Of a stretch of DNA of 64,000 nt, positions 31,709 through 42,674 are shown piece by piece. Origin of the DNA: Pseudohongiellaceae bacterium. GTDB taxonomy: Bacteria > Pseudomonadota > Gammaproteobacteria > Pseudomonadales > Pseudohongiellaceae. Made by a program: the position numbers and the translations under genes. Location of the stretch: the NCBI GenBank assembly GCA_040882255.1, contig JBBEBP010000017.1, forward strand, positions 22,870-86,869, in the 5' to 3' direction. The notes beneath the pieces are model-generated. The model worked only from the letters and a program-made list of their open reading frames with translations, was not told the DNA's origin and made no database searches. Position 1 is the first letter of the stretch; every line of letters begins with the position of its first letter.

Positions 31709-32716
31709 TCACTCTTCCCACGATTCCAGCACAAACCGCATTGGCGATTCAGACTGCATGGACATTTCCACGTTCGTGACCACATTGGCGCCGCTGGAGG
31801 TGTTGACCTCCACACGCGGGATCTCCAGGCGCCCCGTTTCGGGGTCCCACACTGCCTTGCCCTCCGGGTCGCTGCCCAGCGGGATCAGGCTTTCCGGTAC
31901 CACTTCAAACACGATATCCGGTGAATTCGCCACCACCTGCATACGGAGGCTGTAGCGTCCCACACCGTCACCGCCGTCCACTGTGGTGACAAGCACGCCC
32001 CTGGAAGGCTCAAAGACATGCAGCGCCGTGCTGAAACGGCTCACCCGCGTCGGATTGATGTGTATGAAATGCGCATCCACCGGCAACCGACCGGAACTCT
32101 CGAAATTGCGCAGGGGGATATTCCCGGCAAAACAGCTCTCACCGGTGTCACACAGGTTGTAGGTGGCCTGCTCCGCGATACGGTCCAGCACGTCCATGCC
32201 GTCGCCCAGCACCTCACCGAACGCCGTGAAGCCCCCGTTCTGATCATCCAGCTCCTCGCTGTTGTCATCCAGATTGACAAACCACTGGCTGGTGGCACTG
32301 TCAGGATCACCCGACAGCTTGGCCATGGCTACTGTGCCACGTGTATTGGAAATACCGGGCTCATTCTGCACCGGTGCCTGCTGTGGAACCTCAACAGGAC
32401 CACACGGCCTGACACCCGCCGAGCATCCCGGAATGAATCGATAACCACCGCCCTGCACCACGAAGTCAGACTCCAGACGATGGAGGAATGTACGCCGGTA
32501 GTCCCCACGGCCCACGTACCCCAGGAAATTCTCCACGGTCGCGGGCGTCTGCTCTTCGAACAGTTCGATCGAGAAATCGCCGTAGGTGGTACTGATCCGC
32601 ACCACCGGGTTGGACTGCGCCAGCGCCGGTGCCGGCAGGGTCAACAGCAGAGAGGCCGCCACCATCAGGCAGCGGGCGCATCCGGCAAGGCTGGACAAGG
32701 GGGATGGGGACTTCAT
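31709..32716 (-). CDS. Secreted cyclophilin-type peptidyl-prolyl isomerase with ~170-aa C-terminal extension
   Basis: Signal peptide [33 protein letters not shown]. Cyclophilin motifs TYGDFSIELFEEQTPATVENF and FLHRLESDFVVQGGGY. Start ATG 32716 overlaps the lipB stop by 1 nt. The ORF is open to 32773. Confidence 0.8.
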   Translation of the reverse strand: MKSPSPLSSLAGCARCLMVAASLLLTLPAPALAQSNPVVRISTTYGDFSIELFEEQTPATVENFLGYVGRGDYRRTFLHRLESDFVVQGGGYRFIPGCSAGVRPCGPVEVPQQAPVQNEPGISNTRGTVAMAKLSGDPDSATSQWFVNLDDNSEELDDQNGGFTAFGEVLGDGMDVLDRIAEQATYNLCDTGESCFAGNIPLRNFESSGRLPVDAHFIHINPTRVSRFSTALHVFEPSRGVLVTTVDGGDGVGRYSLRMQVVANSPDIVFEVVPESLIPLGSDPEGKAVWDPETGRLEIPRVEVNTSSGANVVTNVEMSMQSESPMRFVLESWEE

Positions 32717-33387
32717 TACAACTCCTGTACGCGAGGGTCCGCAGAATGGCTCACACCGGCGGGATGATAACACGACAGTTTTCCGGTCAGTACCTCGACC
32801 AGACGGGCGCTCGCCTTTTCCGCGAGATCGTCACCGGCCACAGGCACCAGGTCACGCAGTTGCGTCACATCCAGCCCCTGGTAGCCGCAGGGATTGATAC
32901 CGGCAAACGGACTCAGATCCATGTCCAGATTGAAAGCCAGCCCGTGATAGGAGCAGCCCCGCCGGATTCTGAGTCCCAGGGAAGCGATCTTGGCATTGCC
33001 CACATACACACCGGGTGCCCGATCGCGAGTGACCGCCTGGAGTCCATACTCGTCCAGCACCCGGATGATACTGTCTTCCATCACACTGACCAGGTCGCGG
33101 ACGCCCAGCCGGGCCCGGCGGATATCGATCAGCAGATAGACCACGCACTGACCGGGTCCATGGTAGGTGACCTGGCCGCCCCGGTCGATCGGTACAACCG
33201 GAATATCACCGGGATTGAGGATATGCTCGGCCAGACCGGCCTGGCCCTGGGTATACACCGGCGGATGGGAAAGTACCCAGATCTCATCGGGCGTCTCTGC
33301 CCCGCGCTCCGCCGTGAAATGCTGCATCCGGCGCCAGACCGGTTCGTAGGGTTGTTCTCCCAGATTCCGGACTATCAAACCGGTCAT
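32716..33387 (-). CDS. lipB: Octanoyltransferase (lipoyl(octanoyl) transferase) LipB
   Basis: Motif [13 protein letters not shown]. ybeD-lipB synteny. Confidence 0.92.
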   Translation of the reverse strand: MTGLIVRNLGEQPYEPVWRRMQHFTAERGAETPDEIWVLSHPPVYTQGQAGLAEHILNPGDIPVVPIDRGGQVTYHGPGQCVVYLLIDIRRARLGVRDLVSVMEDSIIRVLDEYGLQAVTRDRAPGVYVGNAKIASLGLRIRRGCSYHGLAFNLDMDLSPFAGINPCGYQGLDVTQLRDLVPVAGDDLAEKASARLVEVLTGKLSCYHPAGVSHSADPRVQEL

Positions 33388-33662
33388 AGCACCAGCTTGA
33401 TGCCGTCCACCGTCTTCAGCTCGGCGAACAGCTCCTCCAGTTGACGCTCACCGGTGGCGCGGATCGTGACCGTAACCGACAGATAATTACCGGCCCGGCT
33501 TTCACGTACCTTCACACAATTCTGATCGACCTCCGGTGAGTGGCGCTGGCAGACATGGAGCACGGACTGCTCGAACGCACCACTGGCATGCCCCATCACC
33601 TTTACAGGGTAGTCGCAGGGAAAATCGATGGCGGGCGCTTCGGTATCCGGAGTGTCACTCAT
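33384..33662 (-). CDS. ybeD: YbeD-family (DUF493) protein
   Basis: 92 aa. [11 protein letters not shown] motif. Conserved position between dacA and lipB. Confidence 0.85.
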   Translation of the reverse strand: MSDTPDTEAPAIDFPCDYPVKVMGHASGAFEQSVLHVCQRHSPEVDQNCVKVRESRAGNYLSVTVTIRATGERQLEELFAELKTVDGIKLVL

Positions 33663-33666
33663 GACA

Positions 33667-34857
33667 TCACCCGCGGAAAAGATTTGTGAAGAACAGGGTC
33701 AGCGCATCAATCAGACGCTTGAAAAATCCGCCCCGCTCAACGGCATTGATGGCGACGACTTCACCGTTGTAGAGCTCTTCGTCATTCAGTGTCAACGCGA
33801 CGGAGCCAATGACCTGACCCGCCTCGATCGGCGCCCTGAGTGTATCCGGAATATCCAGGGTGGCCTGCATGTCATCCGACGCACCACGTGGTACGGTCAG
33901 ATAGACGTCCTCGGCGATACCCAGATCCACGTTATTCTCGGCACCGGACCAGACGCGTGCGCTCTCCAATACCTCTCCGGCACTATAGAACTGGTTACTC
34001 TCGAAGAAGCGGAAACCATAATTCAGCATCTTCTGTGTCTCTATGGCCCTCGCATCCTCGCTGGCAGTCCCCATGACCACCGAAATCAGCCTCATGCCAT
34101 CGCGTTCCGCCGATGCCACCAGACAGTACCCTGCCTGCGACGTCCAGCCGGTCTTGATACCGTCCACGCTGTCATCCCGGAACAACAGCGTATTGCGATT
34201 GGGTTGCGTAATGCCGTTGTAGGTAAACTCGCGCTCGGCATAGACCTCGTAACGCTCGGGATGATCCATGATCTTGGCCTGCGCCAGAATGGCCAGATCC
34301 CTGGCCGACATCAGGTTCTCTGACCCACCGTCATCCAGGCCACTGGCATTCATGAAGGAGGAATCTCTCATGCCGAGTTGCTCCGCATGCTGATTCATCA
34401 AGTCCGCAAAAGCTTCCTCGCTGCCGGCGATGTGCTCGGCCATGGCCACACTGGCATCGTTGCCGGACTGGATAATGATACCGCGCATCAGATCGCGGAC
34501 CGGCACGTTGCTGTCCACATCCACGAACATCTTGGATCCCTGGGTGCGCCAGGCCTTTTCGCTGATATAGACCTCATCGTCCAGGGACAGATTGCCCTCG
34601 TCGATCTCTACCTCGGCCACATAAGCCGTCATCATTTTGGTCAGACTGGCGGGGGGCAGTGCTTCGTCCGCATTCTGCTCCATGATCACATGGCCGGTAC
34701 GGGCATCCATCAGGATGTAGCTGCTGCCGGCAATATCCGGGGCACGCGGGGTGATGCTCTGGGCAACCGCCGCCATGGCCGGCATCCACAGGCCCATCAC
34801 CAGCAGAACCAGCCGGGTTGTCATTCCGCCGCACATCGAATCCATCACTTTTCTCAT
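33667..34857 (-). CDS. dacA: D-alanyl-D-alanine carboxypeptidase (PBP5/6 family)
   Basis: SxxK (ASLTKMMT), SxN (QSGNDA) and KTG (GIKTGWT) motifs, with a signal peptide. Called dacC in Pseudomonas nomenclature. Confidence 0.9.
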   Translation of the reverse strand: MRKVMDSMCGGMTTRLVLLVMGLWMPAMAAVAQSITPRAPDIAGSSYILMDARTGHVIMEQNADEALPPASLTKMMTAYVAEVEIDEGNLSLDDEVYISEKAWRTQGSKMFVDVDSNVPVRDLMRGIIIQSGNDASVAMAEHIAGSEEAFADLMNQHAEQLGMRDSSFMNASGLDDGGSENLMSARDLAILAQAKIMDHPERYEVYAEREFTYNGITQPNRNTLLFRDDSVDGIKTGWTSQAGYCLVASAERDGMRLISVVMGTASEDARAIETQKMLNYGFRFFESNQFYSAGEVLESARVWSGAENNVDLGIAEDVYLTVPRGASDDMQATLDIPDTLRAPIEAGQVIGSVALTLNDEELYNGEVVAINAVERGGFFKRLIDALTLFFTNLFRG

Positions 34858-34875
34858 CTGATTACCTGTCTGTTG

Positions 34876-35748
34876 TCAACGCGATTCTTCCACAAGATGC
34901 GGCCGTCCCAGATCCGTATCCTGCAATGTCGAACTGATCCGGTCCAGTTCCCGGTCACCCGGGATCGGCCCCAGCCGCACCCGGTACAGTCGGGTAGTAC
35001 CACTGACCACCGGCCGGATGAATGCAGGTGTGCCCGTCATGTCCTGGACCCGTTGCCGGACCCGCTCGGCGGACGAACGCTGCGAAAATGCACCCACCTG
35101 CAGGAAATGCGAGGCGGCGTCCGCCAGTGTGGCACGGTTTTCCTGTTCTTTGGGGGCCGGTCCGCCCGTCACCACGGCCTCCAGGTGTACGCGTGCCGTA
35201 CCCTGGTCGGCGAAACCGAGTTTCCAGGCCGCCGCGTAGGAAAGATCAATCACCCGCTCGCTGTGAAACGGCCCACGGTCATTGACCCGGACAAGCACAC
35301 TGCGGCGGTTGTCCAGGTTGGTGACCCGCACGTAACTGGGAATCGGCAACGAACGATGCGCCGCCGATATCTGGTACATGTCGTAGATTTCCCCGTTCGA
35401 CGTGCGGTGCCCGTGAAATTTCTCACCATACCACGAGGCCAGACCGGTTTCTTCGTATCCTTCTTCGCTGTCCATCACCGTGTAGGTACTGCCGTTGACC
35501 ACATAGGGGCTGTAATTGCCGGCCAGGGTGCGAGTCTCCGGCACCGGCACCACTTCCTGTATCTCGTCCGGATTCAGCGGCCGGCTCGGGGCCCTGTCCT
35601 GCACGATGGAGTAACGCCCCGATGACTGCGAGGCATCAGCGTCGCTGTCGCTCGTCGAGGGTGGGGTCGATGAGACACAACCGGCCAGTGCGGCCGCAGC
35701 CAGCAAGAGCAACACATAGTGGCGAGAGAAGCCGGGTGGTCGTTCCAT
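34876..35748 (-). CDS. rlpA: Septal ring lytic transglycosylase RlpA (DPBB + SPOR)
   Basis: Lipobox LAGCVS, DPBB core ASWYGEKFHGHRTSNGEIYD, and a SPOR-like C-terminus. The ORF is open to 35787. Confidence 0.88.
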   Translation of the reverse strand: MERPPGFSRHYVLLLLAAAALAGCVSSTPPSTSDSDADASQSSGRYSIVQDRAPSRPLNPDEIQEVVPVPETRTLAGNYSPYVVNGSTYTVMDSEEGYEETGLASWYGEKFHGHRTSNGEIYDMYQISAAHRSLPIPSYVRVTNLDNRRSVLVRVNDRGPFHSERVIDLSYAAAWKLGFADQGTARVHLEAVVTGGPAPKEQENRATLADAASHFLQVGAFSQRSSAERVRQRVQDMTGTPAFIRPVVSGTTRLYRVRLGPIPGDRELDRISSTLQDTDLGRPHLVEESR

Positions 35749-35838
35749 GATGAGTACCGGGGTCAGAAAACAGGACACTCCTATCATACCGCAGTGTACT
35801 CCGGGCTGTCAGCCTCGAGGCCGCTGCCGCCCCAATGG

Positions 35839-37806
35839 TCAGAGAATCTCACTGGACGTGGTCAGCATCATCGATGATTCACCATCTTCCTGCTCAAGCC
35901 GGGGCAGCATCCATGCGTCCATCACTTCCCGGGCGATCGGACCGGCAACCGAACTGCCTCCTTCGCCATTCTCCACGAAAACGGCGACAGCGATGGACGA
36001 TTCCGGCGATGCGTCGAACGCAATGAACATGGCATGATTGAGGTGCTCCTCCAGCACCTGATCCGGATCGATCCGGTTACCCGATATGTCCAGTTGTACG
36101 CCCACCACCTGGGCCGTCCCGGACTTTCCGGCCATCGGATAGGCCAGCGGTTCCACGGCTTCGATATAGGGATAGGCGGTCCCTTCGTGGCGCCGACGCT
36201 CCCGGTCGTAGGGCTTGCTGACTGTATGCTCCATGGCCTGGCGTACATGCGCAACCATCTCTTCATCCGGCAACAGAGGCTGGGGCGGCGGCTCCGCATC
36301 GAAGATGACGTCGGAGAATGCATCTTCCTCCGAGCGAATCGCTTTCAGCATCCGCGGACGCACCAGTTGCCCGTGATTGGCCAGTGTGGCCGCTGCGCTG
36401 GCCATTTGCAGGGTAGTGGCCTGGAACATGCCATTACCGAAGCCTTCAGGCGGCGTCTCCCCCGGATACCAGGGCTCGCCGCGTGCCTGTCTTTTCCATT
36501 CGGGGGATGGCACCAGCCCCGGCCGGGCCTCGGGCACGTCAACGGCCAGGTTACTGCCGAAACCCCAGGTCAGCAGATAGTCATGAACCCGCTCAATACC
36601 CAGCTCCACCGCCACATGACTGAAGTAGGTATTACAGGACTGGTAGATCGCTCTTTCCAGATCGACGGTGCCATGTCCCGTGCGATCCACCCACCAGGTC
36701 CAGTCATAATAGGGCCGTGACCGGCCGGGGAGGCGGTAATAACCGGGGTCCGAAATTTCCGTTTCCGGCGTGATTACATCGTGATACAGGCCGGCCAGTC
36801 CGATGATCGGTTTGATGGTGGAACCCGGCACCCGCGAACTCAGGGCACGGTTGTACATCGGAGAATGCCGGGATGCGTTGATGGCAGCCAGCTGTTCCCG
36901 ACTGATTCCGGCGACGAACAGATTCGGATCGTAGTCGGGCTTGCTCAACATGGCCAGAATACCACCCGTGCGGGGATCAATGGCCACAATGGCTCCCCGT
37001 TGATCCCCAAGCGCCCGTTCGGCGGCCTGCTGCAGGCGGGCATCCAGATACAGCTGCAGATCCTGGCCAGGCACCGGATCATCGCGATCCAGTACCCGCA
37101 TCACCTGTCCACGATTGTTCTTCTCCACGGTCTCGAAACCGACTTCGCCGTGCAGGTATTCCTCGTAGGTCCTCTCGATCCCCGTCTTGCCGATCTGGTT
37201 GCTGCCCCGATAATTGCGGACCTGCTCCTCATCCATGGACTCCAGTTCATTGCGATTGATCTCCGCCACGTAGCCCAGTGCATGAGACAGCGACGGGCCG
37301 AACGGATAGTGGCGCAGCAGCTGGGCCTCCACCGCGAAACCGGGCAGGCGGTGCTGATTGATAGCCACCCGGGCAATCTCCTCCTCACTCAGACGGAAAC
37401 GGACCGGTACGGAGGAAAGGGGCACCGAGCGACGATTACGGCGTTGTTGATACTGGACGATGTCTTCATCCGACAGCTCGATGATGTCCTGTAGCAGGGC
37501 CAGGGACTCTTCGATTTCGCCGGCGCGTTCCGGTACCACAGTGAGGTTGAAGTTGGGACGATTGTCCGCCAGCAGCCTGCCCTCGCGGTCATAGATCAGG
37601 CCACGCGTGGGAGCCACATGCTGCGAGTGCAGGCGATTACCGTCCGAGCGCGAGGAATAATATTCGTGGTTGACGAGCTGGATATTGATCATCCAGATCA
37701 AAAGGCCGCCCAGCATCGCCACGGCGATCACGGCAGCAACCAGCAGACGCCGCCGGAAGACGGCAACCTCCCGTTTGTGCGCATCAAGACTGAACTGCTG
37801 TGGCAT
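35839..37806 (-). CDS. mrdA: Penicillin-binding protein 2 (peptidoglycan D,D-transpeptidase MrdA)
   Basis: SxxK (GSTIKP), SxN (QSCN) and KSG (GKSGTA) motifs, with an N-terminal TM anchor. rlmH lies upstream. Confidence 0.93.
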   Translation of the reverse strand: MPQQFSLDAHKREVAVFRRRLLVAAVIAVAMLGGLLIWMINIQLVNHEYYSSRSDGNRLHSQHVAPTRGLIYDREGRLLADNRPNFNLTVVPERAGEIEESLALLQDIIELSDEDIVQYQQRRNRRSVPLSSVPVRFRLSEEEIARVAINQHRLPGFAVEAQLLRHYPFGPSLSHALGYVAEINRNELESMDEEQVRNYRGSNQIGKTGIERTYEEYLHGEVGFETVEKNNRGQVMRVLDRDDPVPGQDLQLYLDARLQQAAERALGDQRGAIVAIDPRTGGILAMLSKPDYDPNLFVAGISREQLAAINASRHSPMYNRALSSRVPGSTIKPIIGLAGLYHDVITPETEISDPGYYRLPGRSRPYYDWTWWVDRTGHGTVDLERAIYQSCNTYFSHVAVELGIERVHDYLLTWGFGSNLAVDVPEARPGLVPSPEWKRQARGEPWYPGETPPEGFGNGMFQATTLQMASAAATLANHGQLVRPRMLKAIRSEEDAFSDVIFDAEPPPQPLLPDEEMVAHVRQAMEHTVSKPYDRERRRHEGTAYPYIEAVEPLAYPMAGKSGTAQVVGVQLDISGNRIDPDQVLEEHLNHAMFIAFDASPESSIAVAVFVENGEGGSSVAGPIAREVMDAWMLPRLEQEDGESSMMLTTSSEIL

Positions 37807-37875
37807 GGCCGGGCGCCCTGTCGGTAGAAAAATGCATCGGATCAGCGCGTTACTGCACTCATAGTGTAACGCCGA

Positions 37876-38346
37876 TCAGCGACGGTGGTAAGGGTGGCCC
37901 TGCAACACGGTCCAGACCCGGTAGATCTGCTCGGCCAGCACCACCCGGACCAGGGGGTGAGGCAGCGTCAGATCAGACAGGGACCAACGCTCATCCGCCC
38001 GCTGCAGGCAACCTGCATCAAGGCCATCCGGGCCACCCACCAGCAAGGCGATATCCGAACCGCAGTGTTGCTGCGATGCCATGCGCCGCGCCAGCGAATC
38101 GGTGGTATGGCGCCGTCCTTCCACATCCAGCACCACCACAGTATCCCGGTTATCGATCTGCCCCAGCAGGCTGTCCGATTCCTGCTGCATGGCCTTCGCA
38201 ACATCGGCATTGCGGCCCCGCCGGGCCATGGGAACCGGCTTCACCTCCAGCCGGAAATCGCCCGGCAACCGCCGGGCATACTCTTCCACGGCTTCGTCCA
38301 CCCAGTCGGGCATGCGGGTGCCAACGGCAATCAGTTTAATCTTCAC
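37876..38346 (-). CDS. rlmH: 23S rRNA (pseudouridine1915-N3)-methyltransferase RlmH
   Basis: GTG 38346 gives VKIKLIAVGTRMPDWVDEAVEEYARRL, the typical RlmH N-terminus, and 156 aa. The track ORF extension to 38439 overlaps rsfS. Confidence 0.88.
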   Translation of the reverse strand: MKIKLIAVGTRMPDWVDEAVEEYARRLPGDFRLEVKPVPMARRGRNADVAKAMQQESDSLLGQIDNRDTVVVLDVEGRRHTTDSLARRMASQQHCGSDIALLVGGPDGLDAGCLQRADERWSLSDLTLPHPLVRVVLAEQIYRVWTVLQGHPYHRR

Positions 38347-38692
38347 GGCCGGCGGCGGCACTGCCCATGGCACTGAAATGCCACAGGTCTTCCAGGCTGT
38401 AGTGCGAGCGGGCGGACGCCTGCATGATGTGCACCACAACCGACCCCAGATCCACCAGCACCCACTCGGACTGTGAGCGCCCCTCGGTACCGGTCACCGG
38501 CTCGCCAGCCGCCTTGACCCGGATCCCCACCTCGTCCGCCATCGACTTGACGTGCGTCGTGGACGTGCCGGTGACGATGATCATGTAATCGGCCACCGGA
38601 GTCAGTTCCGCGACATCCAGGCAGACAATATGCTGTCCCTTTCGATCTTCCAGTGTTTCTGTCACCAGGTCTGCCAGTGCCTTGCTGTCCAA
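38336..38692 (-). CDS. rsfS: Ribosome silencing factor RsfS
   Basis: 118 aa. DYMIIVTGTSTTHVKS...WVLVDLGSVVVHIM matches the RsfS/iojap pattern. nadD-rsfS-rlmH synteny. Confidence 0.88.
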   Translation of the reverse strand: MDSKALADLVTETLEDRKGQHIVCLDVAELTPVADYMIIVTGTSTTHVKSMADEVGIRVKAAGEPVTGTEGRSQSEWVLVDLGSVVVHIMQASARSHYSLEDLWHFSAMGSAAAGRED

Positions 38693-38758
38693 AATGCTGT
38701 GTACTCCCGTGGTCTTTGCGATGATCGGTCGGACGGCCCTCTGAGCAGCGTCTGTTGT

Positions 38759-39427
38759 TCAGTATAACTGATGTGTGCGGATGTACGCAGTCACATCGGG
38801 CGTCAGCCATTGATCCACTGTGCCGGCACCATCCTCTCCACGTGTCTGGAGCTGTTGACGGAGTTGTGTGGATGAAATTGCACAGTCGACACTCTCCAGC
38901 ACCAGAATGCCACCGGTGGTCGAGGGAAGCAGCTCTTCGGGCCGCTCCACCCGCCGCTCGGCCAGTATCGCTGCCATGATCCGTTCGGCCGGGTCATCAC
39001 TGTCCCCGGCTGGCAACCGGCTGCCGGGCCGGCTGACCGCACAGACATGACTGGTACGGAGAATGTCTTCCCAGCGCTCCCATCCGGGCAGGGTCAGAAA
39101 ACTGTCCCAACCCTGGATGAACACCCGCAGCGCCCGTGGATACCGGGCCGAAAATTCCTCGAGGGTATCAGCCGTGTAGGAGGTGCCGCCGCGTTGCAGT
39201 TCACGGTCATCCACCTCCAGCACAGCGTGTTCAGCGCAGGCCAGCCGCAGCATGGCCAAGCGGTGGCAGCCATCTGCAGAGGCTCCGGCACGGTGATTGG
39301 GGCGGGCACAGGGCACCATGCAGACACGCTCCAGCGCCAGAGCATCAGCAGCCGCCAGCGCCGCGCGAATATGCCCCCGATGCGGCGGATCGAACATGCC
39401 GCCCATGATGCCGATACGATCTGTCAT
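38759..39427 (-). CDS. nadD: Nicotinate-nucleotide adenylyltransferase
   Basis: [14 protein letters not shown] (GxFxPxHxGH) and ISSTQLR motifs. Confidence 0.92.
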   Translation of the reverse strand: MTDRIGIMGGMFDPPHRGHIRAALAAADALALERVCMVPCARPNHRAGASADGCHRLAMLRLACAEHAVLEVDDRELQRGGTSYTADTLEEFSARYPRALRVFIQGWDSFLTLPGWERWEDILRTSHVCAVSRPGSRLPAGDSDDPAERIMAAILAERRVERPEELLPSTTGGILVLESVDCAISSTQLRQQLQTRGEDGAGTVDQWLTPDVTAYIRTHQLY

Positions 39428-40683
39428 TCGCGGATATGGCCATCGCCCAACACGATGTACTTGCGGGTGGTCAGCCCTTCCAGACCGACCGGTCCACGCG
39501 CGTGCAGCTTGTCCGTGGAAATGCCGATCTCGGCGCCCAGCCCGTACTCGAAACCGTCGGCGAAGCGCGTCGATGCATTGACCATCACCGAGCTGGAATC
39601 CACTTCGGTGAGAAAGCGCCGGGCCCGGCTGTAGTCAGCCGTGACAATGGCATCGGTATGGCCCGAACCATACCGGTTGATATGCTCGATGGCTTCGTCC
39701 AGACCCGCAACGATCCGCACCGCCAGGACAGGGGCCAGGTATTCCTCCGACCAATCGTCTTCCGTGGCCGCCACAGCGTTCTCCAGCAACGCGAGACTGC
39801 GTTCGCAGGCCCGCAGCTCCACGCCCTGCTCCCGGTACAGGCGTTCCAGTTCCGGTAGCAGGGTGGCGGCCACTGGCTCCGCCACCAGCAACGTCTCCAT
39901 GGTGTTGCAGGTGCCATAGCGGTGCGTCTTGGCGTTCAGTGCTATCTGCGTGGCCTTGACCAGATCGGCCTGCTCATCGACGTAGACGTGACAGTTGCCG
40001 TCCAGGTGCTTGATGACCGGCACCCGGGCATCCCGGCTGATACGCTCGATGAGACCCTTGCCGCCACGCGGAACGATGACATCCACGTACTCCGGCATGC
40101 TGATCAGCTCACCCACGGCAGCGCGGTCCGTGGTTTCCACCACCTGCACCAGTGCAGCCGGCAGCCCGGCCTTTTCCAGCCCCGCAGCGATGCAGGCAGC
40201 AATCGCCTGATTCGAATGCAGTGCTTCCGAGCCACCGCGCAGAATCGCGGCATTGCCCGCCTTCAGACACAGCGCGGCAGCCTCACAGGTGACGTTCGGT
40301 CGCGACTCGTAGATGATGCCGATCACACCCAGTGGCACACGCATCTGGCCCACCTGGATACCGCTGGGCCGGTAGTTCATGTCGCTGATTTCACCCACCG
40401 GGTCCTGGAGCGCGGCGACCTGCTGCAGCCCTTCGATCATGCCGGCAATACGCGGCGGAGTCAGCTCCAGGCGGTCCAGCAGGGCCGCATCCAGTCCCTT
40501 TTCCTGTCCGGCCTGCATGTCACGGGCATTGGCCTTCAGCAGGTCATCGCGGCCCGCCTCAATGGCTGAGGCCATGGCCTGCAGTGCGGCATTCTTCTGC
40601 GCCGTCGTGGCACGGGCGGCAATACGGGATGCCGTGCGCGCCCGCTCACCCAGCGCTCTCATGTATGCGTGTGTGTCGTCCAT
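39424..40683 (-). CDS. proA: Glutamate-5-semialdehyde dehydrogenase (gamma-glutamyl phosphate reductase)
   Basis: Catalytic-Cys region [12 protein letters not shown]. 419 aa from ATG 40683. ATGA overlap with nadD. Confidence 0.92.
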   Translation of the reverse strand: MDDTHAYMRALGERARTASRIAARATTAQKNAALQAMASAIEAGRDDLLKANARDMQAGQEKGLDAALLDRLELTPPRIAGMIEGLQQVAALQDPVGEISDMNYRPSGIQVGQMRVPLGVIGIIYESRPNVTCEAAALCLKAGNAAILRGGSEALHSNQAIAACIAAGLEKAGLPAALVQVVETTDRAAVGELISMPEYVDVIVPRGGKGLIERISRDARVPVIKHLDGNCHVYVDEQADLVKATQIALNAKTHRYGTCNTMETLLVAEPVAATLLPELERLYREQGVELRACERSLALLENAVAATEDDWSEEYLAPVLAVRIVAGLDEAIEHINRYGSGHTDAIVTADYSRARRFLTEVDSSSVMVNASTRFADGFEYGLGAEIGISTDKLHARGPVGLEGLTTRKYIVLGDGHIRE

Positions 40684-40790
40684 TGGTGATTCCAGGTCGT
40701 GAAGTGGCTTTTCACGGGTTGTGAGCCCGAAGCACGCCATTATAGCGCCGCACCGGACCGGGAAACAGGGTCATCGACCGGAGCGCCCGC

Positions 40791-41759
40791 TCAGATCCGG
40801 TTCTGCAGACTCATTTCCGCTGGATAGGGCTGCATGTACCAGGATTGCTGGATATACGGATCCGGGTTGCGCCGGAAATGGTGATTGAGCAGCGTGATCG
40901 GCACAATCAGCGGGACCTCGCCACGATGATAGCGTTCGATCGCGTCACCGAGCTCCGCCTTGTCGTCCGCATCCAGTTGCGTCTTCAGGTACCCCTGTAT
41001 GTGCTGCATCACATTGACGTGGTTACCGCGCGTGGCGCGCTTCTTCAACGCGGGCATCAGGGCAGCGACATACTCGTCCGCCACCTGCGCCACATTATCC
41101 TTGCGTGCACTGGCCACCAGCGGCCCGAGCTCGCGGTAGGTCTGCTGGCAATGACTCATCAGAATCAGCTTGTGACGGGTATGGAAGTCCACCAGCCCGG
41201 CCACCGTCAGCCCCTCTCCCAGCAACTTCTTCCACCGGTACATGACGTACACCCGCTGGATGAAGTTCTCGCGCAGCACCGGATCGCCCAGCCGCCCCTC
41301 TTCTTCCACCGGCATCTCGGGAAAATTCGCCATCATCCGCGCCGCATAGATGCCAGTGCCGTCCGCCTGCGGCTGACCGTTCTTGTAGACCTTGACCCGC
41401 TCCATGCCGCAACTGGGAGAGGCTCGCTTGAGGATGTAGCCACACAACTCCGACTGCCAGTCTTTCTGCTGATCGGCACAATCACTGAGAGCCTCGGTGT
41501 GATCGATGGATGAATCATCAATGTCGACGCAGGCAATGTCGCCGTCGCGGCGCACCAGACGGATCGGCTTTCGCGGTATTCCCAGACCGATATCCACCTC
41601 GGGACAGAAGGGGCGGAATGTGAAATATTGGCCCAGGGTACGATCGATATAGGTATCGCGCTTGTGCCCGCCGTTGTAACGCACCTCGTCACCCAGCAGG
41701 CAGCTGCTGATGCCTACCGGAATACGGGCGCCCTCGCGTTCGTGTTGTTGTACAGACAT
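40791..41759 (-). CDS. YbgA-like protein (DUF523 + DUF1722)
   Basis: N-terminus IPVGISSCLLGDEVRYNGGHKRD matches DUF523. The C-terminal half, with HVNVMQHIQGYLK, matches the DUF1722 pattern. Confidence 0.75.
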   Translation of the reverse strand: MSVQQHEREGARIPVGISSCLLGDEVRYNGGHKRDTYIDRTLGQYFTFRPFCPEVDIGLGIPRKPIRLVRRDGDIACVDIDDSSIDHTEALSDCADQQKDWQSELCGYILKRASPSCGMERVKVYKNGQPQADGTGIYAARMMANFPEMPVEEEGRLGDPVLRENFIQRVYVMYRWKKLLGEGLTVAGLVDFHTRHKLILMSHCQQTYRELGPLVASARKDNVAQVADEYVAALMPALKKRATRGNHVNVMQHIQGYLKTQLDADDKAELGDAIERYHRGEVPLIVPITLLNHHFRRNPDPYIQQSWYMQPYPAEMSLQNRI

Positions 41760-41807
41760 TGGCCTTGCTCTCACAGTCGGGTTTTCCGGAAATGAATTGG
41801 GTCAGTG

Positions 41808-42674
41808 TCACCCGCAGCAGGACCAGCGTCCGTCTCTCTGGGCCGCGCGCTCTTCCCTCTCCAGCTTGTACAGGTGGGCCAGCAATGTCTTTGCCGCCCA
41901 CGGTAGCAGGTGCTGCGCCACATCGTCATAGACCTCCGCCACCAGTTCATCCAGTGTGACAGGGGCCAGTTGTCGCTGCAGCACATTCACCACCTTTTGT
42001 TCGCGCCTCAGCCGATGTCGGATCAGTGTGGTGATGGCCTGGGCGGGATTGGCGATCAATGTACCGTGCCCCGGCGCCAGCGAAGCCAGCGGCAGGTCGC
42101 GCAGACGTTCCAGCGACCGCAGGTAGTCCCGCATATCGCCATCCGGCGGCAGGATCACCGGGGTCATACCCTGCAGTACGTGATCGCCGGTGAACAGCAT
42201 CTGCTCTTCCTCCAGCAGAAAACACAGGTGGTTGGAGACGTGACCCGGCGTATGCAGCAGCGTCACCGAGAATCCGTCGCAGTCCAGGCGCTCGCCATCG
42301 TGATAGAGACGGTGTGGGCGGAACGCAGCATCCTGGTACTGGCTGCCGGGTGCCGCCAATCCCACCACCGTGGCACCGGTTTCTTCCTGTAATGCTGCCG
42401 TTCCGGGCGAGTGATCACCGTGCGTGTGGGTCACCAGGATCCAGTCCAGCGGCCGGCCCTGCAGCGCCTCCAGGATGGCCTGCAGATGGGCCGGTGAAAC
42501 CGGGCCCGGGTCAACCAGGGCAAGGCGTCGCTCGCCGATGAGATAACTGTTGGTTCCGGGGCCGGTCATCATGCCGGGGTTGGGGCACAACAGCCGCGCG
42601 ACCGGCACCTGTCCGTTGTCCAGGCGGACCGGAACACCCGCCATCATATCTGTATCCGGCAATGCCCTGCTCAT
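41808..42674 (-). CDS. MBL-fold metallo-hydrolase
   Basis: THTHGDHSPG metal-binding motif. The start is uncertain. ATG 42674 has a GAGG upstream, whereas the 42722 start of the ORF has no SD. Confidence 0.8.
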   Translation of the reverse strand: MSRALPDTDMMAGVPVRLDNGQVPVARLLCPNPGMMTGPGTNSYLIGERRLALVDPGPVSPAHLQAILEALQGRPLDWILVTHTHGDHSPGTAALQEETGATVVGLAAPGSQYQDAAFRPHRLYHDGERLDCDGFSVTLLHTPGHVSNHLCFLLEEEQMLFTGDHVLQGMTPVILPPDGDMRDYLRSLERLRDLPLASLAPGHGTLIANPAQAITTLIRHRLRREQKVVNVLQRQLAPVTLDELVAEVYDDVAQHLLPWAAKTLLAHLYKLEREERAAQRDGRWSCCG

